Shown: positions 60,701 through 64,000 of the stretch, piece after piece | Layout of the letters: each line of letters starts with the position of its first letter | How positions within the stretch are numbered: position 1 is the first letter of the stretch | DNA from: Eledone cirrhosa | Lineage: Eukaryota | Reading direction: 5' to 3' | Assembly: GCA_964016885.1 (NCBI GenBank) | Contig: OZ024742.1 | Location: forward strand, 146,444,001 to 146,508,000 | Length of the DNA stretch: 64,000 bases | Program-made: the position numbers and the translations under genes | The notes under the pieces: generated by a model | Database searches by the model: none | Told to the model about the DNA's origin: nothing | The model's input: the letters and a program-made list of their open reading frames with translations, nothing else

Positions 60701-63700
60701 TAGGGCTTAGAAGCTGTCATCTTTCCCTTCTCATAGGGCTTAGAAGCAGTCATCTTTCCCTTCTCATAGGGCTTAGAAGCAGTCATCATTCCCTTCTCAT
60801 AGGGCTTAGAAACTGTCATCTTTCCCTTCTCATAGGGCTTAGAAGCAGTCATCATTCCCCTCTCATAGGGCTTAGAAGCAGTCATCATTCCCTTCTCATA
60901 GGGCTTAGAAGCTGTCATCTTTCCCTTCTCATAGGGCTTAGAAGCAGTCATCTTTCCCTTCTCATAGGGCTTAGAAGCAGTCATCATTTCCTTCTCATAG
61001 GGCTTAGAAGCAGTCATCTTTCCCTTCTCATAGGGCTTAGAAGCTGTCATCTTTCACTTCTCATAGGGCTCAGAAGCAGTCATCTTTCCCTTCTCATAGG
61101 GCTTAGAAGCAGTCATCTTTCCATTCTCATAGGGCTTAGAAGCAGTCATCATTCCCTTCTCATAGGGCTTAGAAGCAGTCATCTTTCCCTTCTCATAGGG
61201 CTTAGAAGCTGTCATCATTCCCTTCTCATAGAGCTTAGAAGCAGTCATCTTTCCCTTCTCATAGAGCTTAGAAGCTGTCATCATTCCCTTCTCATAGGGC
61301 TTAGAAGCAGTCATCATTCCCCTCACAGGGCTTAGAAGCTGTCATCTTTCCCTTCTCATAGGGCTTAGAAGCAGTCATCATTCCCTTCTCATAGGGCTTA
61401 GAAGCCATCATCTTTCCCTTCTCATAGGGCTTAGAAGCAGTCATCTTTCCCTTCTCATAGGGCTTAGAAGCAGTCATCATTCCCTTCTCATAGGGCTTAG
61501 AAGCAGTCATCTTTCCCTTCTCATAGGGCTTAGAAACTGTCATCTTTCCCTTCTCATAGGGCTTAGAAGCAGTCATCATTCCCTTCTCATAGGGCTTAGA
61601 AGCAGTCATCATTCCCTTCTCATAGGGCTTAGAAGCCATCATCTTTCCCTTCTCATAAGGCTTAGAAGCAGTCATCTTTCCCTTCTCATAGAGCTTAGAA
61701 GCTGTCATCATTCCCTTCTCATAGGGCTTAGAAGCCATCATCTTTCCCTTCTCATAGGGCTTAGAAGCAGTCATCTTTCCCTTCTCATAGAGCTTAGAAG
61801 CTGTCATCATTCCCTTCTCATAGGGCTTAGAAGCCATCATCTTTCCCCTCTCATAGGGCTTAGAAGCCGTCATCTTTCCCTTCTCATAGGGCTTAGAAGC
61901 AGTCATCTTTCCCCTCTCATAGGGCTTAGAAGCAGTCATCTTTCCCCTCTCATAGGGCTTAGAAACCATCATCTTTCCCCTCTCATAGGGCTTAGAAGCT
62001 GTCATCATTCCCTTCTCATAGGCCTTAGAAGCCATCATATTTCCTCTCTCATAGGGCTTAGAAGTAGTCATCTTTCCCCTCTCATAGGGCTTAGAAGCCA
62101 TCATGTTTCCCCTCTCATAGGGCTTAGAAGCCATCATCTTTCCCTTCTCATAGGGCTTAGAAGCAGTCATCTTTCCCTTCTCATAGGGCTTAGAAGCAGT
62201 CATCTTTCCCTTCTCACAGGGCTTAGAAGCTGTCATCTTTCCCTTCTCATAGGGCTTAGAAGCAGTCATCTTTCCCTTCTCATAGGGCTTAGAAGCTGTC
62301 ATCTTTCCCCTCTCATAGGGCTTAGAAGCAGTCATCATTCCCCTCTTATAGGGCTTAGAAGCAGTCATCATTCCCTTCTCATAGGGCTTAGAAGCAGTCA
62401 TCTTTCCCTTCTCATAGGGCTTAGAAACTGTCATGTTTCCCTTCTCATAGGGCTTAGAAGCAGTCATCATTCCCTTCTCATAGGGCTTAGAAGCAGTCAT
62501 CATTCCCTTCTCATAGGGCTTAGAAGCCATCATCTTTCCCTTCTCATAGGGCTTAGAAGCAGTCATCATTCCCTTCTCACAGGGCTTAGAAGACATCATC
62601 TTTCCCTTCTCATAGGGCTTAGAAGCCATCATCTTTCCCTTCTCATAGGGCTTAGAAGCTGTCATCTTTCCCTTCTCATAGGGCTTAGAAGCAGTCATCT
62701 TTCCCTTCTCATAGGGCTTAGAAGCAGTCATCATTCCCTTCTCATAGGGCTTAGAAGCTGTCATCATTCCCCTCTCATAGGGCTTAGAAGCTGTCATCAT
62801 TCCCTTCTCATAGGGCTTAGAAGCAGTCATCTTTCCCTTCTCATAGAGCTTAGAAGCTGTCATCATTCCCTTCTCATAGGGCTTAGAAGCCATCATCTTT
62901 CCCTTCTCATAAGGCTTAGAAGCAGCCATCTTTCCCTTCTCATAGAGCTTAGAAGCTGTCATCATTCCCTTCTCATAGGGCTTAGAAGCCATCATCTTTC
63001 CCTTCTCATAGGGCTTAGAAGCAGTCATCTTTCCCTTCTCATAGAGCTTAGAAGCTGTCATCATTCCCTTCTCATAGGGCTTAGAAGCCATCATCTTTCC
63101 CCTCTCATAGGGCTTAGAAGCCGTCATCTTTCCCTTCTCATAGAGCTTAGAAGCAGTCATCTTTCCCCTCTCATAGGGCTTAGAAACCATCATCTTTCCC
63201 CTCTCATAGGGCTTAGAAGCTGTCATCATTCCCTTCTCATAGGCCTTAGAAGCCATCATCTTTCCCTTCTCATAGGGCTTAGAAGCAGTCATCTTTCCCT
63301 TCTCATAGAGCTTAGAAGCTGTCATCATTCCCTTCTCATAGGGCTTAGAAGCCATCATCTTTCCCTTCTCATAGGGCTTAGAAGCAGTCATCTTTCCCTT
63401 CTCATAGGGCTTAGAAGCAGTCATCATTCCCTTCTCATAGGGCTTAGAAGCAGTCATCTTTCCCTTCTCATAGGGCTTAGAAGCTGTCATCTTTCCCTTC
63501 TCATAGGGCTTAGAAGCAGTCATCTTTCCCTTCTCATAAGGCTTCGAAGCAGTCATCTTTCCCTTCTCACAGGGCTTAGAAGCTGTCATCTTTCCCTTCT
63601 CATAGAGCTTAGAAGCTGTCATCTTTCCCCTCTCATAGGGCTTAGAAGCAGTCATCATTCCCCTCTCATAGGGCTTAGAAGCAGTCATCATTCACTTCTC

Positions 63701-64000
63701 ATAGGGCTTAGAAGCTGTCATCTTTCCCTTCTCATAGGGCTTAGAAGCAGTCATCTTTCCCTTCTCATAGGGCTTAGAAGCAGTCATCATTCCCTTCTCA
63801 TAGGGCTTAGAAACTGTCATCTTTCCCTTCTCATAGGGCTTAGAAGCAGTCATCATTCCCCTCTCATAGGGCTTAGAAGCAGTCATCATTCCCTTCTCAT
63901 AGGGCTTAGAAGCTGTCATCTTTCCCTTCTCATAGGGCTTAGAAGCAGTCATCTTTCCCTTCTCATAGGGCTTAGAAGCAGTCATCATTTCCTTCTCATA
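6753..64000. repeat. Giant 33-bp tandem satellite/minisatellite array (about 1,735 monomers, continuing past the window end) with higher-order repeat structure
   Basis: Consensus TTTCCCTTCTCATAGGGCTTAGAAGCAGTCATC repeated head-to-tail in one orientation. Variation is concentrated at a few sites: GC[AG/TG/CA/CG/TA]TC, C[T/A]TT, CC[T/C]TC, AG[G/A]GC. Rare 1-, 2- and 4-bp indel monomers. Confidence 0.99.

Noticed and set aside
6725-63988. The many long ORFs as exons of a giant repetitive structural protein (Met/Lys-rich minus frame or His/Leu/Ser-rich plus frame)
   Set aside because: They follow from a 33-bp period. Both strands are open, stop and frameshift monomers are scattered and amplified, there are no introns, signal peptide or domain, and there is no match to the reflectin motif. 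The synonymous Thr-codon variation is explained equally well by CpG decay.
6753-64000. CRISPR-like array (33-bp repeat with weak dyad symmetry)
   Set aside because: Monomers abut with no unique spacers, there are no cas genes, and the context is eukaryotic.
6753-64000. Telomere-derived repeat (ATAGGG/CTTAG, occasional TTAGGG or TTAGGC)
   Set aside because: Only isolated single hexamers in rare variant monomers, with no tandem TTAGGG.

Overview
Eukaryotic, AT-rich, repeat-dense DNA with no convincing host protein-coding gene. The SINE and TTAA-MITE families look like those I recall from Octopus genomes (inference, not verified). Bases 1-6752 are a mosaic of tRNA-derived SINEs (one with a perfect 17-bp target-site duplication), TTAA-ended MITE-like elements, small tandem repeats and a 5'-truncated, GC-rich RTE-clade LINE on the minus strand (3223-4313). 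From 6753 to the window end is one uninterrupted head-to-tail array of a 33-bp monomer (consensus TTTCCCTTCTCATAGGGCTTAGAAGCAGTCATC, about 1,735 copies, over 57 kb, still running at 64000). The long MTASKPYEKGK and LIGLRSSHLSL ORFs are best read as by-products of an 11-codon monomer. Points worth following up: (i) nested higher-order repeats in distinct domains (9-mer, 41/43-mer, ~59-67-mer, 51/53-mer, 91-mer, ~191-199-mer), with the most homogeneous block at the right; (ii) the main variable dinucleotide looks like a decayed methylated CpG; (iii) the RTE C-terminus resembles trematode RTEs as I recall them; (iv) two minus-strand splice-like signals in the flank. I cannot demonstrate a novel biological system from the sequence alone.
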